Source of the DNA: Gammaproteobacteria bacterium
GTDB taxonomy: Bacteria; Pseudomonadota; Gammaproteobacteria; Eutrophobiales; Eutrophobiaceae
NCBI GenBank assembly: GCA_965215365.1
Contig: CBDCDS010000003.1
Span: 448,001 to 512,000, forward strand
Length of the DNA stretch: 64,000 nt
Reading direction: 5' to 3'
A model generated the notes under the pieces. It saw only the letters and a list, made by a program, of their open reading frames with translations. It did no database searches and had not been told where the DNA came from. Shown one piece after another: positions 10,901-20,072 of this stretch (its first letter is position 1; each line of letters starts with the position of its first letter). The position numbers were made by a program, and so were the translations under genes.

Positions 10901-11033
10901 CCCAGTTGAAGTTAAGCTCCGGGTCCTTGGCCCGGGGCATTTGCTGGTAGGCCACCAGGCCCAGCGCGAGCATCAGGCCGAAGGTCAGGTTGGCAAGAAC
11001 GTGGTTGGCTAAGAAGCGCTCGAAAAACTTCAT
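7860..11033 (-). CDS. RND efflux transporter permease (AcrB/AcrD/AcrF family)
   Basis: 1057 aa, GMIVDDAVVVVE and GISVNAAIVL motifs, RVIPILITS. Confidence 0.92.
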   Translation of the reverse strand: MKFFERFLANHVLANLTFGLMLALGLVAYQQMPRAKDPELNFNWVNIVTLFPGAAAIDVEQRVTDPLEDALRRSVKDIKFVNSTSRDGISMVLVRFQQIEQDVFDKHMIDLRREVQNTEVDEFPEGAEVLLVFELSTSNAFPSAMVVVTSAGDDENLRRQTQFVKKDLERIKGVDRVEDTGMTDPELQVAFFPERLEGLGLTPAAIADTLRTYFQDVSAGDLETGDGKWVVRLQGASADIAALKDVPIVTAAGVVPLGSVAELVRTREEPGEIVRHNGKPAMLLSITKTADANVLELVDTLNEYLDERNRFKDTTGVELTLADDQTVSTRAAIAIMQSNALVGLFLVLLVTLLFLGTRIALLTTIGIPFTLCGTFLALNATGFTLNNSVLLGVVIVLGMIVDDAVVVVEAIYYRLQRGAQAMAAVVASFREVFAPVTSSVLTTIAAFLPLVVLPGILGEFMKVIPLVVTIALLISLLEAYWILPAHVLASGVNFSKAGSVGRKREALNYWLRLRYTRALATSLRHPFITVAGIILAVTLAAGALASGLIRFNFFEFDSERLFYLNVEMPQGVTLEQTDRALLGLEQQARKEFLPGELRAAVSVAGYQITEAEPLFGDTKGQILFSLHPQGAVGRQVSVIADAVLQRVQGIPGPVRMSILELQGGPPASRAVVAKILGSDYPTMLRATNDLRDFLEQQGVYKNITTDYRPGNPELVLRLDGEAIQRAGLNPGLIGPALRAYVDGEIVTDFQDQGEEVKVRLLAKQDRHTNIDNLMRQTLSLPDGRSVALAELLIVSSEIGRQNIRHYNFRRAITIEADIDREQINTIEANNLITKQWRTLQGRYPQITLDQTGELDDIQESLDAIWLLMLLGLGLIYIILGTQFRSYFQPFMVLATVPLTFTGVTLGLLVTGNPLSLFTIYGVVALVGISVNAAIVLISAANMRLASGMGLLHATVYAARRRVIPILITSMTTIAGLLSLATGLAGESVVWGPVATAIVWGLMFSTLLTLFVIPLLYRTFMALGSKPAGTVGRQNQDQRGRIKRSGLCGKSSSMIITY

Positions 11034-12088
11034 TGCAGGTCGTGCGGCAGGAGTAGTTGCCCGTCTTGCAAACTGTGGTGTCCTGCTGTCACTACCACCG
11101 TGTCCGGCGGCAGCGCCACCGGCATATTGCGGCCCTGTTGCGCGCCGGGCAGGGCGTGAAACCGTGCCGTGCCGTTATCGTTGAGAAAGATACCGAACGC
11201 GGTGTCGCGGCGCACCAGCAAGCGGGCGGAAAGATGCGGGCGGTGGTCACGCCAGACCAGCTTGCCGGCCGCGCCCGGCAGGGCCGGCTGCTGGTCGAAC
11301 AGCAGCCGTACTTCGCGGTTGCGGGTTTGCGTATTCACCGTCGGCGTCAGCGCGCGCAAGCGTAGCGGGTAACGACCGGCGCTATCTTCAAAATAGACCT
11401 GTTCGGACTGCCGCAGTGTATCGATATCCCCCATCGGCACCTGGGCCGAAATCTCCAGTCTTTCGATATCGATGACGTTCACCAACCTGGTCCCGAAGTC
11501 GGCAAATTCCCCCACTGCGGCCAGACGTCCGGTGACTACAGCCCGGTACGGACTGTGAACGGCACAGCGGGAAACATCGACCTGAGCAGTCTCCAGTTGT
11601 GCCAGGGCACCGCGCCGCTGTGCCTGCAGTACAGCCAGATCTGCCTCGCGCTGGTCCAGCAACTCTGCCGAAGCCGTCTGTTGCCGCTCCAGCTTGCGCG
11701 TGCGTTGCAGGCGTCGTTCAGCCAGCCGGATGCGCGCCTCCAGCGCGACCAGGTCGGCCTCGACCCGCTGTTCGGCGATACGGTAGTCGGTGCAATCCAG
11801 TCGTGCCAGCACGCTGCCGGCTTCGACCACCTCCCCGACCTTGACCGGGATCTCAACAATACGCGCCTTGAGTTGCGCGGCCACGGCCGCGTCATTGAGG
11901 CTCACCACAGTCGCCGGCGCCGATTGCCAGAGATAAATCGCCAGCTCCCTGACCGGCGCGGTCTGCACGGCCACGGCATTTTCTGCACCTGATGCCGGCG
12001 GCACAACGAGCAGCAGCAACAGCAGTATCCGGACGAAAATGCCATGGAGGGCATTATTAGAGGTTCCTGCTGCGGTGACTTTCATCAC
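11030..12088 (-). CDS. RND efflux periplasmic adaptor (MFP)
   Basis: Lipoyl half motif VKVGEVVEAGSVLARLD, coiled coil, adjacent to the RND gene. Confidence 0.88.
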   Translation of the reverse strand: MMKVTAAGTSNNALHGIFVRILLLLLLVVPPASGAENAVAVQTAPVRELAIYLWQSAPATVVSLNDAAVAAQLKARIVEIPVKVGEVVEAGSVLARLDCTDYRIAEQRVEADLVALEARIRLAERRLQRTRKLERQQTASAELLDQREADLAVLQAQRRGALAQLETAQVDVSRCAVHSPYRAVVTGRLAAVGEFADFGTRLVNVIDIERLEISAQVPMGDIDTLRQSEQVYFEDSAGRYPLRLRALTPTVNTQTRNREVRLLFDQQPALPGAAGKLVWRDHRPHLSARLLVRRDTAFGIFLNDNGTARFHALPGAQQGRNMPVALPPDTVVVTAGHHSLQDGQLLLPHDLQ

Positions 12089-12116
12089 TTTCAGAGCGGG
12101 CCGAAAAACAGGCGTC

Positions 12117-13334
12117 TTACAGCAATTCCTTGACCGGCACGGCGGCGTCGGCCAGCCGTGTTCTATCCACCGGCTTGTGCAGCGGGATCAGTTTCTTGCT
12201 GAACATGAACTCCTGCGGCTTGTTCACCGCGTCAACGGCAATGATCTGGCCTTGCCGCAGGTAGAACGCGGCAAAACTGCGTTCTTCGCCCGGGTCGCCG
12301 CGGGTCACGATCTCATCGTAACCCTGGGACAGGCCGGCGATCTGCAACATCAGGTCGTACTGGTCCGACCAGAACCAGGGTACGGCGTTATAACTGACCT
12401 CCTTGCCGCAGGCCGCGCCGGCCGCGACCCGTGCCTGGTCGGTGGCGTTTTGCACCGATTCCAGCCGCAGCCAGCGCTCATAGATGGGGTTGTGGTGGCA
12501 GGCGCAATCCCCGGCGGCGTAAATATCCGCGTCCGTAGTCTGCGCCCGGGCATCGACTACGATGCCGTTATCGACTTGCAGCCCCGCCGCCGCGGCCAGT
12601 TCCGTATTCGGCGCTATGCCGACACCGATGATGACCAGGTCGGCCGGCACTTCACTGCCATCGCGGCACTGCACCTTGGCGACCCTGCCGTTGCCCTTGC
12701 AACCGGTCACCTCGACGCCGCAACGGATAGTAACTCCCTGTTCCGTGTGGATGCGGGTAAAAAACTCCGACATGACGGGCGCGGTAACCCGCTGCAACAC
12801 CCGCTCCATCAGCTCCAGCACCGTCACCTGCATCCCTTTTTTGTTCAGCACCGCCGCCGTCTCCAGGCCGATGTAACCACCGCCCACAATAACGGCCTGC
12901 GCGCCCGCTTCGATATACGGCTGTATGCGCGCCACATCGTTGAGATCGCGCAGGTAAAACACGCCGTCCAGGTCTGCCCCCGGCAGGTTGACCCGCCTGA
13001 CTTTTGCGCCCACGGTCAAGGCCAGCTTACGGTACGGCAGGGTTTCGTTGTTGCTCAGCCGCACCGTCTTGCTGCTCCTGCCGATAGCCTCCACCGTGGT
13101 GTCAAGAATAAATTCAACCTCCGCCTGCTCGTACACCGTAGCCGGCCGGATCAGGATTTCATCCAGGGTCTTGGCGCTGGCCAGATATTCCTTGGACAGC
13201 GGCGGACGGTGGTAAGGGATGGACGACTCGGCGCCCACCACCACGATCCGCCCCTGCCAACCCTGCTGCCGCAAAGACGGCGCCAACATGGCCGCAGCAT
13301 GGCTAGCACCGGCGATGATGAAGTTCTCAGTCAT
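12117..13334 (-). CDS. NAD(P)/FAD-dependent ferredoxin reductase
   Basis: PYHRPPLSK, GGGYIGLE, IYAAGDCA, PWFWSDQYD. Confidence 0.9.
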   Translation of the reverse strand: MTENFIIAGASHAAAMLAPSLRQQGWQGRIVVVGAESSIPYHRPPLSKEYLASAKTLDEILIRPATVYEQAEVEFILDTTVEAIGRSSKTVRLSNNETLPYRKLALTVGAKVRRVNLPGADLDGVFYLRDLNDVARIQPYIEAGAQAVIVGGGYIGLETAAVLNKKGMQVTVLELMERVLQRVTAPVMSEFFTRIHTEQGVTIRCGVEVTGCKGNGRVAKVQCRDGSEVPADLVIIGVGIAPNTELAAAAGLQVDNGIVVDARAQTTDADIYAAGDCACHHNPIYERWLRLESVQNATDQARVAAGAACGKEVSYNAVPWFWSDQYDLMLQIAGLSQGYDEIVTRGDPGEERSFAAFYLRQGQIIAVDAVNKPQEFMFSKKLIPLHKPVDRTRLADAAVPVKELL

Positions 13335-13456
13335 CTGCTCATTCTGCCACAGAACACAGGGTTTTGGATCACAAGCTATGAATCTATTCCGTGTTAGCGT
13401 AGTATGGAAGTAACGATATGCGGGCTAAAAATGCCATCCGTGGCATTTTTACTTTA

Positions 13457-13819
13457 ATGACTGAAGAGAAAAAACCGATCGGGCTTGCCCGGATCATCAG
13501 GGCTGCGCGGTATTCGTGGCAGGGGCTGGTTACCTGCTATAAAACCGAGGCGGCGTTTCGGCAGGAGTTGGCGTTGGCCGTAGTGCTGTTGCCGCTGGGC
13601 CTGTGGCTGGGTGATAACGGCATTGAGCGGGCGTTGTTGGCAGGCAGTGTGCTGCTGGTGTTGATCGTCGAATTGATCAATACCGGGGTTGAATACGTGG
13701 TCGATCGTATCGGCGCCGAATACCATGAGTTATCCGGCAAGGCCAAGGACATTGCCTCTGCCGCGGTATTTCTGGCGCTGGTGAACTTAGCTCTGGTGTG
13801 GGTACTAATACTCTTTTGA
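13457..13819 (+). CDS. dgkA: Diacylglycerol kinase
   Basis: EAAFRQE, ELINTGVEYVVDRIG, KAKDIASAAV. The upstream ATG at 13418 lies inside a MITE end. Confidence 0.93.
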   Translation: MTEEKKPIGLARIIRAARYSWQGLVTCYKTEAAFRQELALAVVLLPLGLWLGDNGIERALLAGSVLLVLIVELINTGVEYVVDRIGAEYHELSGKAKDIASAAVFLALVNLALVWVLILF

Positions 13820-13820
13820 C

Positions 13821-14312
13821 TTGTCTTTTGTGCGTCAGGCGGCGTTGGGCTGCTTCACTCAGTCGGTCATGTACTGATGTACACTCCCTCCCTCATTCAT
13901 TGCCCGCCTTGCCTGACACAAAAAATCCTGCGTCAAACTTGCTTTGTCTTTTGTGCGTCAGGCGGCGTTGGGCTGCTTCACTCAGTCGGTCATGTACTGA
14001 TGTACACTCCCTCCCTCATTCATTGCCCGCCTTGCCTGACACAAAAAATCCTGCGTCAAACTTGCTTTGTCTTTTGTGCGTCAGGCGGCGTTGGGCTGCT
14101 TCATTCAGTCGGTCATGTACTGATGTACACTCCCTCCCTCATTCATTGCCCGCCTTGCCTGACACAAAAAATCCTGCGTCAAACTTGCTTTGTCTTTTGT
14201 GCGTCAGGCGGCGTTGGGCTGCTTCATTCAGTCGGTCATGTACTGATGTACACTCCCTCCCTCATTCATTGCCCGCCTTGCCTGACACAAAAAATCCTGC
14301 GTCAAACTTGAC
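13821..14312. repeat. Four tandem 123-bp ERIC/IRU-like palindromic units
   Basis: Units start at 13821, 13944, 14067 and 14190. Arms TTTTGTGCGTCAGGC...GCCTGACACAAAA with a central GTAC..GTAC loop. Confidence 0.9.
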
Positions 14313-14315
14313 TTG

Positions 14316-15503
14316 TTACAGCTTCAATTCCCCGAAATATACTTCGATATTGTCCTGCACGAATACCAGACGCACCCGGGTGTTGGGCTGCTCTACCCGC
14401 TGCCCCTCCACGACTTTGGGCCGGAAACGCCACTTGGGGGCGACCTCCAGGGTCACTTGGTCGAACAGCCGGCCCGGTTTTGATTCGACGATAGTGGGAT
14501 TGAGCACGCTGCCGTCGGTGGTAACGGTAAATTCCACCAGTGCCCAGCCCGTGGGTCTGACGCCGTCCTCGAACACCGGGTACTTGGGCTGCATCACGAA
14601 TAACGGCACGGCCGGGCCGTCCTGGTCGGGCGTATGACGGATGACCTTATCGGCATGCTCGGCGAACTTGTCGTCGCGTCGCGCCACGTACAATTTTGCC
14701 AGACGGTTATGGTTTGCCAGCACAATGGGGTCATCTTCAAGCAGATTGGCCTCGTAGATGCGTAGCGCTTCCAGGTATTTCTGCTCTGCCTGCTCATATT
14801 GCCGACGAGTCAGGTCAACATCGCCGAGCAGGGAGATAACGTCAGCCGCGCGCACATTGTCCTTGCCGAAATTCTCCTCGTAAATGGCCAGCGCCTCGCG
14901 ATAGGCCGCGGCGCCGGCATCCGGGTCTTTCTGGGCAATATGTATGGCCGCCTGTTGCACCAGCACGTTGGCGATAGCCGCTACGCGCGCGCCCGAAGCT
15001 TTGGTAATGATGGCGATGATCCGGTCCAGTTCCGCCTGCGCCTGGTCCAGCTCCTTTTTGCCAACATAAATTTTGGCATGATCTTCATGGATGGTAATCA
15101 GGTCCGGACTGTCCGGGCCGAGTTGCCTGATCATTTTGTCCTTCGCTTCCAGCAGCATGGGTTCGGCCTCCTCCATGGCGCCGGTGATGATGAGGACATG
15201 CGCCAGATTGATCTGCAGTACGGGAATCTTTTCGTGTTCAGCGCCCAGTTCCGCCACGGCCAGGTCCAACGTCTTGCGCGCCAGCTCCGCTGCGCGCGGG
15301 TAGTTGCGCTGCGAATAGGCGGCGTTATAGGCGCGGTAAGTCTTGGTGAACTCCCTTGATATCTGCGTCTCTTCCTGCGCGCCCTCCTGCCCCCCCTCCT
15401 GGGCCACGGTAATCTGGCATAAGCATAGCAGCAGGGTGCCGGCTGTTATCGTGACAAAGCGCATTTTCAATTTACTGATCTGCATGGATACCCATTTTAC
15501 CAC
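14316..15503 (-). CDS. TPR-repeat protein with C-terminal TonB domain
   Basis: Kinesin-light-chain-type TPRs, PKYP...GWALVEFTVTTDGSV...LFDQ...KWRFRP. Confidence 0.85.
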   Translation of the reverse strand: MVKWVSMQISKLKMRFVTITAGTLLLCLCQITVAQEGGQEGAQEETQISREFTKTYRAYNAAYSQRNYPRAAELARKTLDLAVAELGAEHEKIPVLQINLAHVLIITGAMEEAEPMLLEAKDKMIRQLGPDSPDLITIHEDHAKIYVGKKELDQAQAELDRIIAIITKASGARVAAIANVLVQQAAIHIAQKDPDAGAAAYREALAIYEENFGKDNVRAADVISLLGDVDLTRRQYEQAEQKYLEALRIYEANLLEDDPIVLANHNRLAKLYVARRDDKFAEHADKVIRHTPDQDGPAVPLFVMQPKYPVFEDGVRPTGWALVEFTVTTDGSVLNPTIVESKPGRLFDQVTLEVAPKWRFRPKVVEGQRVEQPNTRVRLVFVQDNIEVYFGELKL

Positions 15504-16236
15504 ACACGGGGCAACCGGGGTCCTTCGGTAGTACCGCGCTGTGCCAGTCCATGGCCATGACGTCGAGCAGCAGCAGGCGTCCCTGCAAGGTGTGACCCAG
15601 GCCCATGATCAGTTTCATGGCTTCCGTCGCCTGGATGCTGCCGGCGATGCCCAGCAACGGCGCCAGCACACCGTTGGCGGTGCAGGTCGCCTCGACCTGG
15701 GAGTCTTCCTGGTACAGACAGCGGTAACAGGGCGAAGTTTCATCCTGCGGGTTAAACACGCTGAGCTGTGCCTCAAAGCGGATAGCGGCGGCGGAGACCA
15801 GCGGGGTACGGGTGGCAACGGAAGCCCGGTTCACGGCGAAGCGCGTGGTGAAATTGTCGCTGCCGTCGATAATGACATCCGCCTGTGCGGCATAGTCGGT
15901 CAACTCATCTTCCGTCAGCGCCTGCGCCAGCAGGGTCAGCTGCACGTCCGGGTTGAGCGCGCGCAGACGGTCGGCGGCGGCTTCCACCTTGGGGCGCCCG
16001 ATATCGGCGGTGTCATAGAGTATCTGGCGTTGCAGGTTGGACAGGTCAACATGGTCGAAGTCGGTGAGAATGAGGTGCCCGACCCCGCCGGCGGCCAGAT
16101 AGATGGCGCAAGCCGAACCCAGCCCGCCGGTGCCTATCAGCAGCGCGGTGGCCTGCGCCAGCCGCAGTTGTCCGGCGGCATCGATCTCCGGCAACATAAG
16201 CTGGCGGCTGTAGCGTAACAGCTGTTCGTCGTTCAT
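15472..16236 (-). CDS. moeB: Molybdopterin-synthase adenylyltransferase (MoeB/ThiF family)
   Basis: RYSRQL, GTGGLG, SNLQRQ, CYRC, CPVC. Confidence 0.88.
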   Translation of the reverse strand: MNDEQLLRYSRQLMLPEIDAAGQLRLAQATALLIGTGGLGSACAIYLAAGGVGHLILTDFDHVDLSNLQRQILYDTADIGRPKVEAAADRLRALNPDVQLTLLAQALTEDELTDYAAQADVIIDGSDNFTTRFAVNRASVATRTPLVSAAAIRFEAQLSVFNPQDETSPCYRCLYQEDSQVEATCTANGVLAPLLGIAGSIQATEAMKLIMGLGHTLQGRLLLLDVMAMDWHSAVLPKDPGCPVCGKMGIHADQ

Positions 16237-17087
16237 GGCCGTTGCGCGCAGGTGTAGCGTTCATGGCCGGCGTAATCCGACCTGGTATCGATGTTGCGGT
16301 AACCGTTAAGCCGGTATTGCGCGCGCACGAACCCACCCTGGTCATAACCGTGCTCCACCAGCATGAAACCGCCCGGCTTGAGGTGGTGCAGCCCACCGGC
16401 AATAACGAGGCGCAGGCAGGCTGTGCCGTTATGACCGCCATCCAGGGCGAGGCGGGGTTCATGGCGCAGTTCCGCCGGCAGCCGCGTGCGGGAATAATGC
16501 ACGTAAGGGGGGTTGCATAAAATTGCATCGAAGCGGCTGTTGTGCAGGTTCCCGAACCAGTCTGAGTGCCGGAAGGAGACATTGACAACACCATTTGCCG
16601 CGGCGTTTTCCCGCGCCACAGCCAGCGCCTCCCGGCTCAGGTCGGTGGCCGTCAGCGTGCAGTTGCGGCGCGCGGCGGCGAGCGCAACGGCCAGCGCGCC
16701 GCTGCCGGTTCCCAGGTCCAGGATTGCGGCGCGGCTTGCCTCGGGGATGCGTTCGAGTGCCGCTTCCACCAGTAATTCCGTTTCCGGGCGCGGCACTAAC
16801 GTGTTGCGGTTGACCCGGAAGTTGAGTGAACGGAACTCTTTGTGGCCGGTCAGATAGGCCACGGGACAGCCGGCGCGGCGGCTGTCGAGCAAACGCAGAA
16901 AGTCGCCGACCGGGCCCGGCGGCGGCGCCAGTTGCGGATGGGCATACAGAAAACTGCGCTCGGTGCCCAGTGCCGCGGCCAGTAACAGCTCAGCGTCGAG
17001 GCCGGGGCTGTCCGACCGCCGCAGACGGTTGCCGCCAACGCGCAATAACTGCCTGATGGTCTGCATCGTTTCCCGGTATTTGGTCAA
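16233..17087 (-). CDS. prmC: Release factor glutamine methyltransferase
   Basis: LVPRPETE, LDLGTGSG, NPPY, follows prfA. Confidence 0.93.
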   Translation of the reverse strand: MTKYRETMQTIRQLLRVGGNRLRRSDSPGLDAELLLAAALGTERSFLYAHPQLAPPPGPVGDFLRLLDSRRAGCPVAYLTGHKEFRSLNFRVNRNTLVPRPETELLVEAALERIPEASRAAILDLGTGSGALAVALAAARRNCTLTATDLSREALAVARENAAANGVVNVSFRHSDWFGNLHNSRFDAILCNPPYVHYSRTRLPAELRHEPRLALDGGHNGTACLRLVIAGGLHHLKPGGFMLVEHGYDQGGFVRAQYRLNGYRNIDTRSDYAGHERYTCAQRP

Positions 17088-17093
17088 ACCGCG

Positions 17094-18176
17094 CTACTCT
17101 GCCAGCGCCGCCAGCTGGTCGGCCTGGTGTTCACTGATGAGCGGGTCGATGACCAGGTCCAGCTGCCCCTGCATGATCTCTTCGAGCCGGTACAGGGTGA
17201 GACTGATGCGGTGGTCGGTGACCCGGCCCTGCGGGAAGTTATAAGTCCTGATGCGCTCGGAGCGGTCGCCGGAGCCGACCAGGTTGCGCCGGGTTTCGGC
17301 AATTTCCGAGGCCTGTTTCGCTTGTTCGGCGGCCAGCAGCTTCGCCCGCAGCAAGGCCATGGCCCGCGCCCGGTTTTTATGTTGGGAACGCTCGTCCTGG
17401 CACTCCACGACGAGGCCGCTGGGCAGGTGCGTGAGACGAATGGCAGAGTCTGTTTTGTTGACATGTTGCCCGCCAGCGCCGGAGGCGCGGAAGGTATCCG
17501 TCCTGATATCGCTGGGGTTGAGATCAATAGTGCTGATCTCGTCCGCCTCGGGCAACACTGCGACGGTGCAGGCCGAGGTGTGTATGCGACCCTGGGATTC
17601 TGTTTCCGGCACCCGCTGCACCCGGTGCGCGCCGGATTCGAATTTCAGCTGCGAATAGGCGCCCTTGCCGATAATGCGCATGATAATCGCCTTGTAACCG
17701 GCCAGATCGCTTTCGGTGGTATTCAGCAGTTCAAGCTGCCAGTTGCATTGTTCCGCATAACGGGCATACATGCGCATCAGGTCTGCTGCAAACAGGGCTG
17801 CTTCTTCCCCGCCCGTGCCGGCGCGGATTTCCAGAAAGATGTTGCTGTGATCCGCCGGGTCTGTCGGCAGCAGCAATTTTTGTAACTCCAGTTCCAATGC
17901 CTCAAGCCGTTGCCGGGCAATCTCTGTTTCTTCTGCGGCCAGCTCACGGATGTCCTGGTCGCAGTCCTTGAGCATGGCCCGGGCACTGTCCAGGGCCTGC
18001 TGACTGGAACGGTAGTTGCTGAAACAATCGACGATGGGGCTGAGTTCCGCCGCTTCTTTGCTCAGGTCGCGAAAACGGTTCTGGTCATTGATCACCTCAG
18101 GCTGGGCCAGCAACGCGTAAATCTCCTGCTGGCGCGCGCCCAGCTTTTCCAGTTTCTGTTGCAGGCTGTCTTTCAT
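17094..18176 (-). CDS. prfA: Peptide chain release factor 1
   Basis: [24 protein letters not shown]. Confidence 0.97.
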   Translation of the reverse strand: MKDSLQQKLEKLGARQQEIYALLAQPEVINDQNRFRDLSKEAAELSPIVDCFSNYRSSQQALDSARAMLKDCDQDIRELAAEETEIARQRLEALELELQKLLLPTDPADHSNIFLEIRAGTGGEEAALFAADLMRMYARYAEQCNWQLELLNTTESDLAGYKAIIMRIIGKGAYSQLKFESGAHRVQRVPETESQGRIHTSACTVAVLPEADEISTIDLNPSDIRTDTFRASGAGGQHVNKTDSAIRLTHLPSGLVVECQDERSQHKNRARAMALLRAKLLAAEQAKQASEIAETRRNLVGSGDRSERIRTYNFPQGRVTDHRISLTLYRLEEIMQGQLDLVIDPLISEHQADQLAALAE

Positions 18177-18260
18177 GGCGTATTACCGGTAGCGAGCTGA
18201 ATTGAGGCGGCCGCGTCACGCATTGCACAGGAATGACGAGCGCCGGGCGGCGGCAGCTCG

Positions 18261-19541
18261 TTATCCCTGCTCCTCGGCTTGCAAATCTTCCGGCGTCAGG
18301 TCGTACAAATCCTGCACAGCCCGCAACATGGCCTGTTTTTCTCCGGCTTCAAGCCGGTGCAGCCGGGCGCTGGGGGGGTGCATCAATTTATTGGTCAGGG
18401 TGTGGGTAATCTCATGCAACAGGTCTTCGGGTTTGGCGCCGCCGCGCAGTTTTTGCAGCGCCGTTTCCAGCGCCTCCGCGCGCGCCTGCTGTGCCTGCCG
18501 CCGCAACGCCCGGATGGTGGCCACCGCGTCCTGCGAGTTGACCCAATCCATGAAATGGGTCACCTCGGTGTCGATAATCTGTTCCGCCTGCCGCGCCGCC
18601 GCCCGCCGGGTTTTGATGTTATCGTCGATAATGCCTTGCAGGTCGTCCACCGTGTACAGATAGACATCTTCCAGCTCGCCCACCTCAGCGTCCACATCGC
18701 GCGGCACCGCCATGTCGAGGATGAACACCGGCCTGTGTTTGCGCTTCAACAACGCGCGTTCCATCATGTCCCGGCGCAGCAACGGCGCCGGGCTGGCGGT
18801 GGCTGAGATGATGATATCGGCCTCGTCCAAGTGCTGCGGCAGTTCCTCCGGCGTTATGGTATAGGCGGAATACTGTCGCGCCAGACGCTGCGCCCGGTCC
18901 CGGGTGCGGTTGGCAACGATCATCTTTTGCAGGCCATTCTCATGCAGGTGTTTTGCGGCCAGCTCAATGGTCTCGCCGGCGCCGATGAGCAACACCGTTT
19001 GCCGGGACAGGTCGCCGAAGATATGCCGCGCCAGACGCACTGCGGCATAGGCCACGGACACCGGGTGGTTCCCGATCAGGGTATTGCTGCGCACCTCCTT
19101 GGCGACCTTGAACGAATGCTGAAACAACCGATTCAGCAACTTGCCGATACTACCGGCGGCAATGGCGGTCTGGTATGCCTGTTTCAGCTGCCCCAGCACC
19201 TGCGGCTCTCCAAGCACCATCGAATCCAGCCCGCTGGCCACCCTCAACATGTGTTTGACAGCGCCGGCGCCGGGGTGGGTATAGAGGTAGCTGCGCAATT
19301 CGTTATTCCGACAACCGTGAAACCCGGCGAACCAGTCGATGGGCCGGCTCGGGTCAGCCGCGTTCAGGTTGCAGTAAATTTCGGTGCGATTACAGGTAGA
19401 GAGAATGGCCGCCTCAGCAACGGCGCAGTCCCCGATCAACTCGGTCAACGCTCCGGACAACGCGTCGGCGCCGAAGGTCACCTTTTCGCGTACCTCCAGG
19501 GGAGCAGTCGTGTGATTGAGACCAAAAGCCAAAAGTGCCAT
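18261..19541 (-). CDS. hemA: Glutamyl-tRNA reductase
   Basis: LSTCNRTE, SGLDSMVLGEPQ, hemA-prfA-prmC synteny. Start placed at MALLAFGLNH. Confidence 0.95.
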   Translation of the reverse strand: MALLAFGLNHTTAPLEVREKVTFGADALSGALTELIGDCAVAEAAILSTCNRTEIYCNLNAADPSRPIDWFAGFHGCRNNELRSYLYTHPGAGAVKHMLRVASGLDSMVLGEPQVLGQLKQAYQTAIAAGSIGKLLNRLFQHSFKVAKEVRSNTLIGNHPVSVAYAAVRLARHIFGDLSRQTVLLIGAGETIELAAKHLHENGLQKMIVANRTRDRAQRLARQYSAYTITPEELPQHLDEADIIISATASPAPLLRRDMMERALLKRKHRPVFILDMAVPRDVDAEVGELEDVYLYTVDDLQGIIDDNIKTRRAAARQAEQIIDTEVTHFMDWVNSQDAVATIRALRRQAQQARAEALETALQKLRGGAKPEDLLHEITHTLTNKLMHPPSARLHRLEAGEKQAMLRAVQDLYDLTPEDLQAEEQG

Positions 19542-19629
19542 CGCGGTTACCCGAATATGATCTGTCACCGCTAATTTGCGGGACATTCAGACTGTGAGAG
19601 TTTACCACGAGTCACCAGACCTTGTTTGT

Positions 19630-19920
19630 GCATCACAACTCATGACCCACCTGCCCATGCACACCTTCCGCCGTCGCGTCCAACTCTACCGCGGCAATCG
19701 CTACGTCAAGTCTTTCACCTGCCTCGACCAGTTCCTATGCCTGGCCTTCGCCCAACTCACCTAGGCGCACTTCCGCCAGACCAAGTCCGCCGTGAAACTG
19801 CATACCTTACTAGTACTCTTTCCATGTCTCCGACGGTACACTCCACGATGTCAAGGTCATTGACTTGTTCAGCCTCGATCCCGCGCCTGCTATATCATAG
19901 ACCGCGCAGTCCTTTATTTT
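19630..19920 (+). pseudogene. Degraded IS4-family transposase (DUF4372-type) remnant
   Basis: QLMTHLP...YRGNRYVKSFTCLDQFLCLAFAQLT*, then fragments AHFRQTKSAVKLHTLL and HVSDGTLHDVKVID. Confidence 0.75.
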
Positions 19921-19969
19921 TCTTTGCTGTTCTGTTTTAATCAGCGCACGTTTGTCTGGTAAAGAATCT

Positions 19970-20029
19970 CGTTCGTCATTCCGGGCACTGCCTCAAGGCC
20001 AGGGCCGGCCCGCGCTGGAATGACGAACG
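19970..20029. repeat. REP-like hairpin upstream of secA
   Basis: 13-bp perfect arms CGTTCGTCATTCC / GGAATGACGAACG. Confidence 0.65.
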
Positions 20030-20072
20030 CGGGAACACACTATTCGGCTCTGGCTCGTCACCCAAGGTTAGG

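Noticed and set aside
13821-14312. Possible second CRISPR array
   Set aside because: The units are contiguous and near-identical, with no unique spacers.
13798-14637. ORFs with 41-aa periodicity (13798-14637 and 13877-14311)
   Set aside because: They are translations of the 123-bp non-coding repeat, and the longer one overlaps the TonB gene antisense.
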